From: the human T2T-CHM13v2.0 reference genome, Homo sapiens
Reading direction: 5' to 3' (one strand)
Assembly (NCBI RefSeq): GCF_009914755.1
Contig: NC_060931.1
DNA length: 64,000 bases
Each line of letters opens with the position of its first letter. Positions within the stretch are counted from its first letter, which is position 1. Below the pieces are notes generated by a model that saw only the letters and a program-made list of their open reading frames with translations, had not been told where the DNA came from and made no database searches. Positions 13,325 through 28,333 of the stretch are shown piece by piece. The position numbers and the translations under genes are program-made.

Positions 13325-14312
<988 letters not shown>

Positions 14313-14459
14313 TAAATGAATTACTACTTAAGTCATTATAAATTTCATGCTGACTCGTGAGAAAAGAAAAATCTGAGAATATTTCTTATTGTGGGCTTTA
14401 TTCCCTTCTAAACACTCAAAGTATTACAATTAAATTAGGGTGATTGGGAAGTTGTGTTA

Positions 14460-14620
14460 CGACAGGGGTCTTTGGACAAAGAACATGAATATCACCTGAA
14501 AATCTGAGAAATGCAAGATTTCTAAGGGTCTCACCCCAAACCACAAGTTTTCCAACAATCTGTGTTTTAACAAGTTCTGCGGGAAATTGTGTCACACCCT
14601 GAGTTTGAGGACAACTGTCT
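14460..14620. mobile_element. MER5A-like hAT MITE
   Basis: ATCACCTG..AATGCAAGATT..AATCTGTGTTTTAACAAG..AGTTTGAGGACAACTG. Confidence 0.6.
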
Positions 14621-15219
14621 TAAGAAAAGGGAGGTCGTAAGATGTTTGCACAGATCTACGGTACTGGTCGTGAAAAGCGAAAGAAAGATCATCTGGTCGA
14701 GTGAATAGTGGTCATTTTATTTTAAAACATCAACTTACACGTAAGATCAAACACAAATCATGCTGATAAAATATTCTTGGACCAGAGACAGATTGCTTGC
14801 CTGAAAATATGTTGGGTATTTGAACATCTGCAATCAAAGCAAATGTTTATGAGAATGCTAGAAAGAAAGGTCAAAGGGGTGCTGAAAATCATTAGTTGAT
14901 CATCACTTTCTACAGTCCTATAAGACAACCCCAGCTTTATCAGAATATGGCAAGAGGAAATACAAGCCAGACCTCATGGATCATAATATTTTTTCCCACC
15001 TCTTTCTGTAGCATATTTAGCTGAAATATGAAGCCCAAGAAATTCTGAAAATCAACTTGCGACACATAAAACTTAGAATGTGGCACTTTTAAATGGGTTA
15101 TGTGGACTTGATTATCTCCCTTGTGAATACTTGTATTAAATAATTCATTTGTAGAGAAATATAGAACCTTTTCAGTCTTTCTTATATTCTGCTACTGATT
15201 GTTATAATTATCAACCTTT

Positions 15220-15665
15220 TGTATCAGAGTGTGTTTTGGCTGCAAGTGAGATAAAACTCCAATTTAGAGTGGCTTAAACAGTAAGAAAATGTAACTGGGA
15301 GCCCAGAAGTAGAGCAGCTCCAAACTCAGCAGCTCAGTGTTCCAGCTCCCCTTGCTCCTTTGTGTATGGGCTTTATCCACGGCCTGGCAGCAAGGTGGAC
15401 CCAGCTGTTCCCACTATCACATCCAGGTATGGCAATGTCCAAAGGAAGAAGAGGGACCAGCTCTTTCTTAAACCTCTGTTTTAGGAGCAAGAAAACGTTT
15501 CTGAGAAACTCCCCAGAAGACTTCTCTTCCTGCCTTACTGTCTAGAACTGAGTGACATTGCTAATCCTAAATTAGCCCTCATAAGGGGAAGTGTGTAACT
15601 GTGACTAGCTCGGACTTACTCTACAGGCTGGAATAGGTATTGGAAAGTCAACCACTAATATCACT
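15220..15665 (-). mobile_element. Old MLT1 (J/K-like) MaLR LTR
   Basis: GGCTGCAAGTGAGATAAAACTCC..GTGGCTTAAACAGTAAG; CCCCAGAAGACTTCTCTT. Confidence 0.6.
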
Positions 15666-17328
15666 GCAAATAACGATCTCCACCAACACTTACTATGTTT
15701 ACTTTCTATTGTGCTAGAGACTATGCTAAACCCTTTCTGTGTATTATATCATCTAAAAATCAATCCAGAAGATATATGCTTTTATTAATTTCATGTTACA
15801 TATAAGAAAACTTAGCCTGAGGTCAGCGAATCTCTTCAAATTCACAACCAGAAAACGCTGAGCCAAGACTCAAGCCTAAAGACCACTCCAAAGCTCGACT
15901 CACTCTAAAGCTCGGCTCTAACAACCACTCTGCTATTAAGAGAGAGCACATGTAAAATACTTTGTAAATTTAAATGTACAATTCAAATATCAGGATTATT
16001 ATTTAGGTAAACATAACATAAACCTCAGCAAAATAGGAATGTAAAGATAGGAGAGGAGAGAAGACAACAAGTAAGGATACACTTTGCTGTTCTACATGCA
16101 TTCAAACTTTTAGGTTTTAAAAATCATACTCTAAAGCATGGGAAGAATCTGTATATATGACTATATGTGACATTTGTGACATTATGGAGAAGGAACAAGG
16201 AGCCAGGAAACCAAAGGAAAGCAACTGCTTCCATTTTAAAGGAACAAAAAAAGAGGAGATTGCAAACTGAATAACAGCTAACAATTATTGAATACTTCCT
16301 CTATGCCTGGGATTGTTCCAACAATTCTGTGATGTAGAATTATTATTCTCTGCATTTTATAGATGAAATACTGAACTCATGGGGTTTCTAAAAGGATTAA
16401 ATAAGTGGTTAAGAAAGAAAGGTATTTAAAACAACTCCTGGCACACAGTAAAACCCTCCACAAATGCAGGTTATTATTGTTACACAGAAATCAAAGCAAT
16501 CCTCCGTATGCCTGGAGTATGCCATCTTTATTACAGACAATTTAACTCACAATTTATGCCTGTCATTTGCCTTTCTAATTATTTTTATTAGCAATATTGT
16601 ATTTAAAGGGAGTACAATGTTATATTAATTTGCAGGTAACAAAAAAGTCAAGTACACTGAACGACTGATGTGAGAGTCTATAATTTGGATAGTCGTTGAA
16701 GAAGGATTAGCGCCACTAGTAGTAAGACATGAGGGAGTTTAAGGCTCATCTTTCTGACTCACCAGTGTCAATGACACTTGAATCCAGCCTCTTCAGCAGT
16801 CTGGGGTCTGAGAGCCGAATTCCTCAGCTGAGCTTAAATTGCTGATCTGTTATTTACTGAGCTTCCCGCCGCCCCACTCAACTTTGTGTTTCTGGTTTTT
16901 GTCTGCGAGTAGTCATAAAAGTTTCATATAATGACAGGTAAGGGACTGGGAAAAGATGCAGGCACTGGAAATCTAACACTCGAAAGATGTATTTGTCCTG
17001 CAATATACTCCAAACAAAGCATATTTCTGGGCATTAAAATAATAGCAGTGAAAAACCCTACTCTTTTCTAATGCTAAATTGTTTTAGCACTGGAGTCATT
17101 TTACCCCATAAAGGGTTCCTTTTTCCACATAAAACTAGATTTGAGTTTGGTTCTTCAACATAATTGAATCTTTGGAATGTCTGAATAGTTTGGGAATGAG
17201 CGATTGTGTAAATTCTGAAGTCTGAGGGCACTTCTTCCTTTTTTCCCTTCCTTTCTTCCTTCCTTCTTTCTTTCCTTCAGGGAGGAATTTAGGTTTTAGT
17301 AATTGTGGGTCTTATTGCTGCACAATTC

Positions 17329-17342
17329 CCACTAGATGGCTG
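17329..17342 (+). promoter_or_regulatory. Candidate CTCF site
   Basis: CCACTAGATGGC matches the CTCF core CCASYAGRKGGC in apparently unique sequence; motif match only. Confidence 0.5.
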
Positions 17343-17689
17343 TAGCAAATTTCTGGAGATTTATTCTATTTGGAGCAGCAAATCATTCCAGATTCATGAA
17401 CCCTTAGCGTTTTAGGTTTCCCTGGGATGTTTATCAAAGAGTGTTGGCATTTAGGCATATTTGTAAAATTATTGAATATTTTTGTTTTTCTATCAGTAAA
17501 GATATTAACTCTGAATCCATTCCTTTCCATTCCTCTAATTTGGTATCATGCTCATCTTCATCCTGAATGTATTTATTTACTGGTATAAGCAAGGAATGCC
17601 TCAGAAAGCAACCTGTACAACTGAGCCCCTAGTATGTGGAAATTTTATGTGTGTATGTGTTGTGTGTGTGTGTGCATGCATGTGTATGT

Positions 17690-18660
17690 TTCATGAAAAG
17701 GTGTTGAAATTTGTCAAATGCTGTTTCTGTATCCATTAGGATGATCATGTGCTTTTTCTTCTTTAGTCTATAATATACTATATTAATTGATTTTTATAGA
17801 TTTAACCAGTAATATGGTTTGGCTATATGTTCCCACCCAAATCTCATCTTGAATTGTAATCCCCATAATCCACACATGTTGAGGGAGGGACCAGGTTGGG
17901 GGGTGACTGGATCATGGGGACGGTTCCCCCAAGCTGTTCTCATGATAGTGAGTTAGTTTGCATAGATCTGATGGTTCTATAAGCGTCTGGCATTTCCCCT
18001 GCTTGAACTTCTCTCTCCTGCTGCCATGTGAAAAATGTCTTTGCTTCCCTTTTGCCTTCCACCATGATAAGTTTCCTAAGACCTCCTCAGCCATGTGGAA
18101 CTGCGAGTCAAACCTCTTTCCTTTATACATTACCTAGACTGAGGTAATATCTTTATAGCAGTGTGAGAATGGACTAATACAATTAGCTTGTATTTCCGGG
18201 ATGAATCCCACTTGGTCATATTGTATAATATCTTTATATGGATTTGATTTCCTGGTAATTGTTGAGGATTCTTAGATCTATATTTCTAAGAGTTACTGAT
18301 CTTTAGTTTTCTTGTCATAATTGTCTGGTTTTGCTATTAGGATAATACTGGCTTCATAGAATAAGTTAGGACATTGCCCTGTCCTATTTCTTGGAAGAGT
18401 TTGTGAAAGGCTGATGTTAATTCTTTTTTAAATGTTTGGTAGAATTGATCCGTGAAGCCATCTAGGCCTTGGATTTTCTTTGTGGGAAGTTTTAAAATTA
18501 TTAATTCAATGTCTTCTTACATGTTTCTCCAGATTTTCTTATTCTTCTTGAGTCAGTTTTGATAATTTGTGTCTTTCTAGGAATTTGTCTGTTTCATTTA
18601 AATTATCTAATTTGCTAGCATACAATTATTAATTTCATTCATACTTTTCTCTCTTTAAAA
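17690..18660 (-). mobile_element. Old L1M ORF2 fragment, split by THE1D
   Basis: AATTTGTCAAATGC..; GTGAAGCCATCTAGGCCTTGG; TTCTAGGAATTTGTC are antisense L1 ORF2 motifs. Confidence 0.8.
17810..18181 (+). mobile_element. THE1D MaLR solo LTR
   Basis: TAATATGGTTTGGCT..AAGCGTCTGGCATTTCCCCTGC..GGACTAATACA. Confidence 0.88.
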
Positions 18661-19289
18661 TTTGTTTTCTTTAACCAATCCAGCTGTTTCTGTATCATTC
18701 ATATTTTACTTCATGCAGACACTGATTTATTGGGGCAACATTATTTTAAGCAGAGAGCATTTAAAATTACAATATGAAAGTGGCCATCTTCTTGATTACA
18801 AAGTTGTTCATTTGTTTGTTCATTCAACAAACATATTGAATGTCTTGTATATGCCATGCATAGCTCCAGGTTCTGGGAATAAGGGGTGAGCAAGAGACAA
18901 TACCTCACCCTGTGGAGCTTATATTCACATAAGAAAGGTAGACAAGGAGTAAAACGTGTTATATACTACATAATATATCAGGAAGAGTTTGATTATTAAG
19001 CACAGTTTAACAGATGACAGCATATCAATCTGTTGGAAATTATATTCCAATCATAGTAAGTTAATACATGAATATAACATACCTGGGATGCCTATGAGAT
19101 TAAATAGATTCTAATTTTGGGAAGTGGAAAGGGAAACAAAGCATTAGATATTGATGTAATTTAGTGGGTTTTAACACTGGCTGCACATTATGTGCATCAG
19201 GAGAGATTTTACTATATCCAACTCCTGAATTCCTCCTAGAAGTTTTTATTTAATTGGGTCTAGGTGAAGCCCAGGAAAACATTTGTTTT

Positions 19290-20243
19290 GACAACCTACA
19301 GAATGGGAGAAAATACTTGCCAACTATGCATCCAACAAAGGTCTAACATCCAGAATCCATAAGGAACTTAAATCAACGGGCAAAAAACACCCCATTAAAA
19401 GGGGCAAAGGATATGAGCAGACAGTTTTCAAAAGAAGGCATACACATGGCCAACAAGCATATGAAAAAAATGCTTAATGTCACTAATCATTATAGAAGCG
19501 CAAATAAAAACCACAGTGAGATACCATCTTACACAAGTCAGAATGCTATTATTAAAAAGTCAAAAAATAAAAATGCTGGTGAGGTTGTGGAGAAAAGGGA
19601 ATGCTTATAGGGAATGCTTATACACTGCTGGTGGGAGTGTAAATTAGTTCAGCCATTGTGGAAAGCAATTTGGTGATTTCTCACATAACTCAAAGCAGAA
19701 TTACCATTTGACCCAGCAGTGCCTTTATTAGGTATATAGCCAAAGGAATATAAGTCATTCTACCATAAAGACACATGCACACATATGTTCATCACAGCAT
19801 TATTCACAGTGGCAAGGACATGAAATCAACCCAAATGCACATCAACAGCAGACCGGTTAAACAAAATATGGTACATACACACATATGGTACACATACACA
19901 TGGAATACTACACAGCCATAAAAGAGAATGAGATCATGCCCTTTGCAGCAATGTGGATGGAGCTGAAGGCCATTATCCCAAGTGAACTAACACAGGAAGA
20001 GAAAACCAAATATCACATATTGTCATTTATGAGATAAACACTGAGTACACATGGACACAAAAGAAGGGAACAACAGACACCATGGCCTACCTGAGGGTGG
20101 AGGGAAGGAAGAGGGTGAGGATCGAAAAACTGCCTATTGGGTACTATGCTCATTACCTGGATGGTAAAATCATTTGTACACCGAACCCCCGTGACACACA
20201 ATTTACTTATATAACACACCTGCACATGTACCCGAACCTAAAA
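19290..20243 (+). mobile_element. 5'-truncated L1PA15/16-like element inserted in a MER5A
   Basis: ORF2 end plus 3' UTR GAGGATCGAAAAACT..; TSD GAAAACATTTGTTTT/GAAAACACTTGTTCT. Confidence 0.88.
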
Positions 20244-21678
20244 GAAAACACTTGTTCTAAGAATTCCTTTGTGATTCAAATGTGAAGCCAGGGTTGAGTA
20301 TCAAGCACCTACTGTGTCCTAAACAATATGAGGTGCTTTATATGTTATTTTATTGTTCTAGTGTTAGCATGAGTTGCACTTTATTATTTTTATAGGCATG
20401 TGAGAACAACTCATGTTCAGAGAGATTAAATGATTGGCAAGTTACACAGCGTCTATTTCACCCTTTGCTCTTTAAATGGAGTCATCTTATCTGTGTGTTC
20501 CATCAAAGGGAGCTTAAAAACCCAGGAGTAAGGTTCCCTCTCTTCTATTTTCCCTGAGTGCCCTTCTTTTGCCCATTCACTGGCTTTTATGTTTTTCATT
20601 TTTATTATTTCTTCTGTGTCTCTATTGCCGAGATTTTATTCTTAAACTCAACACTTTGGCTACATATTCCTCAGTCACTACTACCTAATTTGAGGACTTA
20701 TTTGGATCCCTTTTTCTGGCTTACTGACCTCAGCATGATCTGCGCAACTCTTGACTTTGTATCTTCCTAACTTTTAACGTAGCAGATAAAAATTATTAGC
20801 ATAAGATGATGGTGTAAATAATTTTACACAGTGTCATTAGATTTTATATTTTTGCCCTAATTCCCACACCACCAAAAGAAACTTATTGCAGCTATACCTT
20901 GAAATTCTAAAGTGCTTTTGTGTATTTTGTAACAATAAAGTTTCTGTTTGTGTGTCTCTTGTACCTTACTAACAGCTATGCTAGTGGTCTATACCAATGG
21001 TAAATAGGAATAAAGGTAATGGATCAGTTGGCCATTTGGTTCTTCGATAAAGTTATATCATTAGAAGACAAACTCATTAATGATGAAATTCTCATATGTA
21101 TTTTATTTTTAAAATTAAGATGTATCCAAAAAGATATTGTTTAGTCAATTAAGAAAATTCATGGAGGGAGGGGGTACAAACTAAGTCAAAGTAATTGTCC
21201 ATGTAAGTGGTTAACTGTTTTGATGGCACTTAACCCCAACATAAAACCTTTGTAAGGCAGTTTGTCAGTGGTCTAAATTTAATTTAGTTAAAATAGTGGC
21301 TATACATGCTGAATGAATGGAAAACTATCTGCTTGATAGACTGCGTGTCCTGTACAGCGCTCAGTACAAGCTGTTTGGGTTTCTTGGATTGTGTCATATG
21401 GTCTAGGACTCAGAGCTCACCTCAGGACCTCGGACAGAACCTGGTTAAGCTCATGTTAGCACATGCAAATGACTTTCATTTTGAAAATGTGCTAAATTCT
21501 TTATAGACACAATCTCATTATCCATCACAATGACTCTGTGAGGTACATAATATAGTTTTAATTGTTTTGCCTAATACTGATGCTCACAAACATGATATTA
21601 TTTTATTCTCTTTATAGATATGTGTAAAATGGAGCAAAAGTTTAAGCTATGTGTTTCTATTTTCTGAATATATATATG

Positions 21679-22023
21679 CAGCCATCCCATGGTATCTATG
21701 GAGAATTGGTTCCAGGAACCTGTTGCCCCCCACCCAATGAATACCCAAATCTGTAGATGCTCAAGTCCCTTCTATAAAACGGCATGGTACTTGCATATAA
21801 CATACACATATCCTCTTATATACTTTAAATTTCTCTAGATTACTTATAACACCTAATACAGTAACTACACATCACTTCATTTGCATAGATTCAATGCAGT
21901 ACTCAGCATGCAACAAATCCTAGTTTTGCTTTTTAAAATTTTGTGGAATATTTTCTCGAATATTTTCAATCTAAAGTTGGTTGAATCCAGGAATGCAGAA
22001 TACATGGATATGGAGGTTAACTG
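21679..22023. mobile_element. MER2/MER2B (TcMar-Tigger) MITE
   Basis: CAG..GGTATC..TTGGTTCCAGGA..GATGCTCAAGTCCCTT..GTTGGTTGAATCC..GGATATGGAGG..ACTG. Confidence 0.85.
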
Positions 22024-22888
22024 CAGAAAAACACTTTTAGTTGTTTTGTTCTCTTTGGGTTTCTTAGAAAATAAAACAGAAGCAGCTAGAGTATTTCTAA
22101 AAGAATCCAAAGACTAAATAATGGTCTTGCTGAAGGTCTGCTCATCTATCATTGCTTTTTTCTTTTAACAAACTCAAAGTCTTTTATAACAACAGAGAAG
22201 TGAGACTTTCCTAAAAATATCAGGAACCAACATTCAGTACAAATCGTACCTTCAGGTACTACTGGTAAGAAAATGAATACAACCTCAAGCATGAAACCTT
22301 AGGACTAAAACAAATGGAACAGTCTGATGACAGTCCACTTCTTGATGTTCCTATGCTGAGAAGCTTACTTCTAAACTAAAGCAATTTAATACTGTGTATT
22401 GTGGTTCCAGTGCCTGTGTAAGACACAATTGCCATCATAGGGCCACTTGGTTCTCCAGCTGCACCATGACAAACACATCTGATGAGCTTGTGGGAAAATG
22501 TTCACAAGCACCATCATTCATTGTCTGGAGATTTATGATTCTCATATAAGATCAACAGTCTGGAGTACACTGATTATTTTACTGCTGAGCTACACCATTT
22601 GTCTCAACTCAGAAATATTAAGATTTCTTACATAACGTTGCAGGATCATCTTTTAAGAAGCATTATCAATGGCCTTCCAACCTCTTTTGACTAAAGCAAA
22701 ATTGATAGTGCTAGCCAGTCACTATCAGAAATTAAAGGACTCATTACAAATTAATACCCAATCCATGAAAATAAGCTTTTACTAACAGTTATGGCAAAGG
22801 GCAAAAATTGTATACTCCACAATATCTGAATATTAAATTAGACATGCCAACACCTACTCTGTTTATAGACTTAAGAATATAAAATGTG

Positions 22889-23283
<395 letters not shown>

Positions 23284-23409
23284 TTAGCTACAATGACAGA
23301 CTGTGCTTACCAAATACCCATGTGCTCTCCCTCTGGTAGTGTCTTTAAAACTTATGCTGAGTACAGCATTCTTTGGGTACTTTTTCTAACGATCAGCCTA
23401 CACCTTCAT

Positions 23410-23690
23410 TATGTATTTCCCATTCCCCTCTCAGTTAGGTTAGAGCCATGTAACTAGATTTGGCAATGGTCTCTTATGCATCCCTTCCAGGATGAGGCAA
23501 GTAGGAGCTGGTACATTTTCTCCATCACTCTCTTCCCCAGTGTGGGCAACCTTGGAGAGCATGCGTTCCAGATGTCATAGAAGATGGAGGTCTGCCTGGC
23601 CACTATTGGGCTGTGATGAGAGTGAGAAATAAACTTTTATTGTGTTAAGCCCCTGAGATTTCAGGGTTGTCTGTTGCAATTAATTACTCT
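23410..23690 (+). mobile_element. MLT1 (I/J-like) LTR fragment
   Basis: GAGTGAGAAATAAACTTTTATTGTGTTAAGCCCCTGAGATTTCAGGGTTG. Confidence 0.7.
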
Positions 23691-26029
23691 GAATAATGCT
23701 GCCACAAATATCAGACGGTGTTGAGATTTCTCACCACTAAGGACAAATCTCATTTTCACTATCAAATTAGACTTAAGTCAGGAAAGAAGTTTTTCTCTTA
23801 TCAAAGGAGAAAAGAATTCTTTAACTCACGCTATGACATTGCCTTTAAAAGTGATGTTGGTCACAAGTTTCCTTGGGTGATTTTTTCTAAAGATCAGACT
23901 ACACCTTAATCATGTTGATGGATGTATAAAATAGATTTCTGCTCAGTTACTGTTATTTTGGTCTTAATAGTAGGTTAGAAGAACAACATCTAATTTCAAT
24001 ACCCCAGGCTACTTGTTCTAATGAATCCCCAGACTATGGCAAGCCACCCCTCCTGCAAGAGATTCAATGTCAAATACCTACTTTCTTGATCCATTTTTCA
24101 GGTGGAGTGCATTATATTAATTGCCTGGACTCAAATGCAGTGTGGAAGGACCGTGAGAGAAGGGCAGAGGAACCCAAGCTTTTAACAAGCTTCTATCACG
24201 AGCTATCTGTCCATGAAGAATGACTTTTATGGGGAAATCTCATTGTTATTCCAGAAGGCATCTGTCACATTATCTTAGCCACAATAGGTGAAGTACAATG
24301 AAGCAATTGTTTGTAAGAGGTCCTTGGCCATAAGCTACATTTGGTGACCCAGAATTGATTATAGTATTGTAAAGATTGTAAAAGACTGTGGTGTATATAA
24401 GAACACTGCCTGTCATTCATTAAAAGAAATCATCTTCAGTGAGACATGACTAACAAGTTTTAGTCAGAAATATATGTCAACTTTCTATACCAACTCTAGG
24501 CAAGAAATCTCTATTTTAAAATATGTCTCAAAATATTTTTCCATTATTAACTGAATTTCTGTGTGTCTTCCTTTTCCCCCTAATGGCAGGCTTACTGCTG
24601 CATTGGGGAAGACCAAAGGAGATTCCTGCCTCTATGGGCATGGCGGACACAACAATGAATAGGGAATCAGCAGGCTCCAGGGCAAGTGCAGAGTACTAAG
24701 TATTTCTCCCTCCATAGTTATTGGTCCACGTAGAGGCCATCAGCACAACACTCCTGGACTCTCTCACTTCATCTGCATCCCCAGGAAAAGATTCTTTGAT
24801 CTGGTGAGTGACGTTAGGAGCAGGGACTTTGACCACGTAGCCTAGTCCTTCCTCCCCTTCTTTTCTCTTTGAGATTTGTCTGGTTGCATGTGCTTTGGTC
24901 TGCTCTCAGCCTCAAGGTAAGTTTAGTGGTAAAAGTTCTGCCCCTGCAGGGGGAGGCCACAGTTTTCCCCTGCTACCTGTTGTGGTGGGTGGTTAAGCTG
25001 GTCGAATTCTGGTATTCAGCATCAGGTATCTCTTATCACACAGCTAAGTTACTCCCTCAAATTTAACATCAATCAGCAATAATGCTGGTACTTTTATTTT
25101 CATTTGCTTGACTCCTTTATCTCCCAGTGCAGAATGTGATACGGGTTGAAGAGTGGACCAACCCAACCCAGAAATCCATCATTCTAACTATAAGAAATTT
25201 TCTAGCAGAGAGTTTAAAAAGTCCCAAATTGGAAGTATTCAAATTCTCTGTATTGGTTGACTGCAACTAAATGAGGAGAGGCAAAGAGAATTTCATATGA
25301 AGATGCAGTAATGTCTCATTAAACTCGGAGCAAAAAAGCTATTGGACCCTAGAAGAGAACTGGAACTAGGAAATATGAGACTGGCTGGATTCTTTCCACC
25401 TCTTGTCTTGACATCTCTGTGCACTTTTTTCATTCTGCTCTTTCTCTGCAGACCAGCTTTCTCTGCTTCTCCAGACCACAGGGAGTTTTGTCAGAGATGG
25501 GGAGTGGGATTCATACTGATTCAATCAAGTGTGGTCATGATGGGGAGATTCATATGCAGAGCAATGCATCTACTGTATCAATAGATCAATAACGTCGGTT
25601 ATCTGCTAACAGTAAGGAATAAGAAATTACTGCATGAGGTTTGGGGACTAAGAAGATAGTTTAAAATAAATGGAGAAAGAGAAACTAGAAATTAAGTAAA
25701 ATAGGATAGGTAATCTGTGCTGAGGGTACCTGTGAGGTTTGTAGTCCCATATTCAGAGCGAGCCCAATCGTTGGAGCTGCAAATGTTTCCTCAGTCATGA
25801 ATAGCTGCTGATGTCAGACACAGCCTAAGCAGACAGTTGAGTTTAACCTGCTTTTTTTGGTCAGGTTAGTAAATCAGAGGAAACTGTTGGTGTTATAGAA
25901 CAGGGAGTTATGAGAGTGATGAAGTACACACTGGAAGAAAGTGAGGTATATGAGGTGGGTGATGGAGAGTTAAAATGTGGTGAAATCAATGGTGTGAAGG
26001 GGGTCAAAGATTTATAAATGATCACTCCT

Positions 26030-27120
26030 ACGTTGTAGTTGGTTTAGTTCATTAGTTGCTTTAGAGTTTTTTGTTTTTCTTTGACTTTTTATTGGCCAAG
26101 AAAAGAACTATGATTTTGTTTCACTATATTGCTTACAATTTGTTCTTATCTGCTTATTTGTCTATTGCATGGAACCAATCCTTAAACACATTCTTATAGG
26201 AGCCCCCTGGCTTGCTTTCCTAATTTGAGCCAATTGCTTTTTCCAGGCTTGCTAGAGAATTCTCCTCTTGGAATTTCTTTATAGTGTGCACCTGAGTTAG
26301 TACGATCATTTATTGCAGCCTACTACTCTCCTGTATTATTTTTTATCTTATTTTGTTAGAAGAAAATTCCTCAGAAGGAATATTTTACATGTAACTTTTC
26401 TGAGACTTTATGTTACCATCAATGTTGGTTCATAACTTGGCTGAGTATAGATTCTAACTTGAAAATTATTTTCCTTGGAATTTTGAAGGCATTGCTTCAT
26501 GCCAGTTTAATTCTAATTCCTTTATAAGGTGACGTCTTTTTTCTTCCATGAAAATATTTAGGATCTTTTCTCTATCCTTAGAATTCTGAAATTAGCAATG
26601 ATACATCTATTTGTGGATTTTTAAAATCGATTTTGCTCCAAATTTGGTGAACAAGTTTAATCTTAATTTAAAATAATCTAGTTCGAATTAATATTAATTT
26701 GATTTCAATATTACATAGAAACTTTTCCCCAGTACATATCCCTTCCTCCATTGTGCTGTTATTATTGTCATAAAAATTACATCTTTTCATGTTATAAGCC
26801 CATCAACATTGTTTTGTGCAGTTAGCTTTTAACACAGGAGAAGAAAAGAGTTATGAAAAAGTAATTTTAATCTAAAGACTCAGGTCTCTCTTTAGTACTG
26901 GGACATTTCCTTCTACTATTTCTTTGAAAATATCCCTTTTTCTGTTTTTTTTAATGAAGTTCAACTAGTGAGATTTTCTGTCTCTGTATATTTTCTGTTA
27001 TGCCAACCCTTCTATTATTTCATCAATAATGTTTTTAATTTCCAAGAGCCCTTTGTTTTCTGATTGTTCCTTTTTCATAGTATCCTGTTCTTACGTTATA
27101 CATATATTATATTTATTAAT
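26030..27120 (-). mobile_element. Very old L1M/HAL1 ORF1-region fragment
   Basis: TTGGCTGAGTATAGATTCTAACTTGAAAATTATTTTCCTTGGAATTTTGAAGGCATTG, an antisense ORF1 C-terminal motif. Confidence 0.6.
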
Positions 27121-27439
27121 TTAAATATTTACATATACCCCTGGGACAAAACTAACAGGTTAAAAAGTATATTGTGACAAGTAAGCTCTCTCGAAGCTGT
27201 AGCCCTAGAGACAACATTATTAATTTCTTACATATCCTTCCAAAGATATTTCATGCATTTAAAAACATACATACATACATACATTCCAGCTTTCCTTTTC
27301 TTATTCTCATTCTCTTGTCTTTCCTAAATTATCTCATATTTATTGAAGACCAGCTATTTTCTTTATTTTAGACTTTCCATTTTGTAAGTCTGGTTTTATC
27401 CATATGATTTGTTGTCCATTCCCATGTAAAAATGGAGTA

Positions 27440-27762
<323 letters not shown>

Positions 27763-27828
27763 ATTAAAGTGGAGTAGATTACCTTTTTAAGGCATTAGAT
27801 GTTGATTTTTCTCCTGTTGCATATGTTA

Positions 27829-28333
<505 letters not shown>

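Noticed and set aside
15884-15917. 17-bp tandem duplication; similar micro-duplications at ~19597-19623 and 47894-47913
   Set aside because: Ordinary slippage events inside repeats with no functional implication.
16725-16745. Second CTCF-like sequence (reverse strand CTACTAGTGGCGCTA)
   Set aside because: One base short in the core and lacks the leading CC; poor match.
16620-16945. TTGCAG|GTAACA and CAG|GTAAGG splice-like motifs; similar GCAG|GTAATG near 56296
   Set aside because: Pyrimidine tracts are weak; matches of this quality are expected by chance in 64 kb.
22180-22270. Possible exon ending in CTG|GTAAGA
   Set aside because: Ambiguous acceptor and no supporting ORF; not enough evidence.
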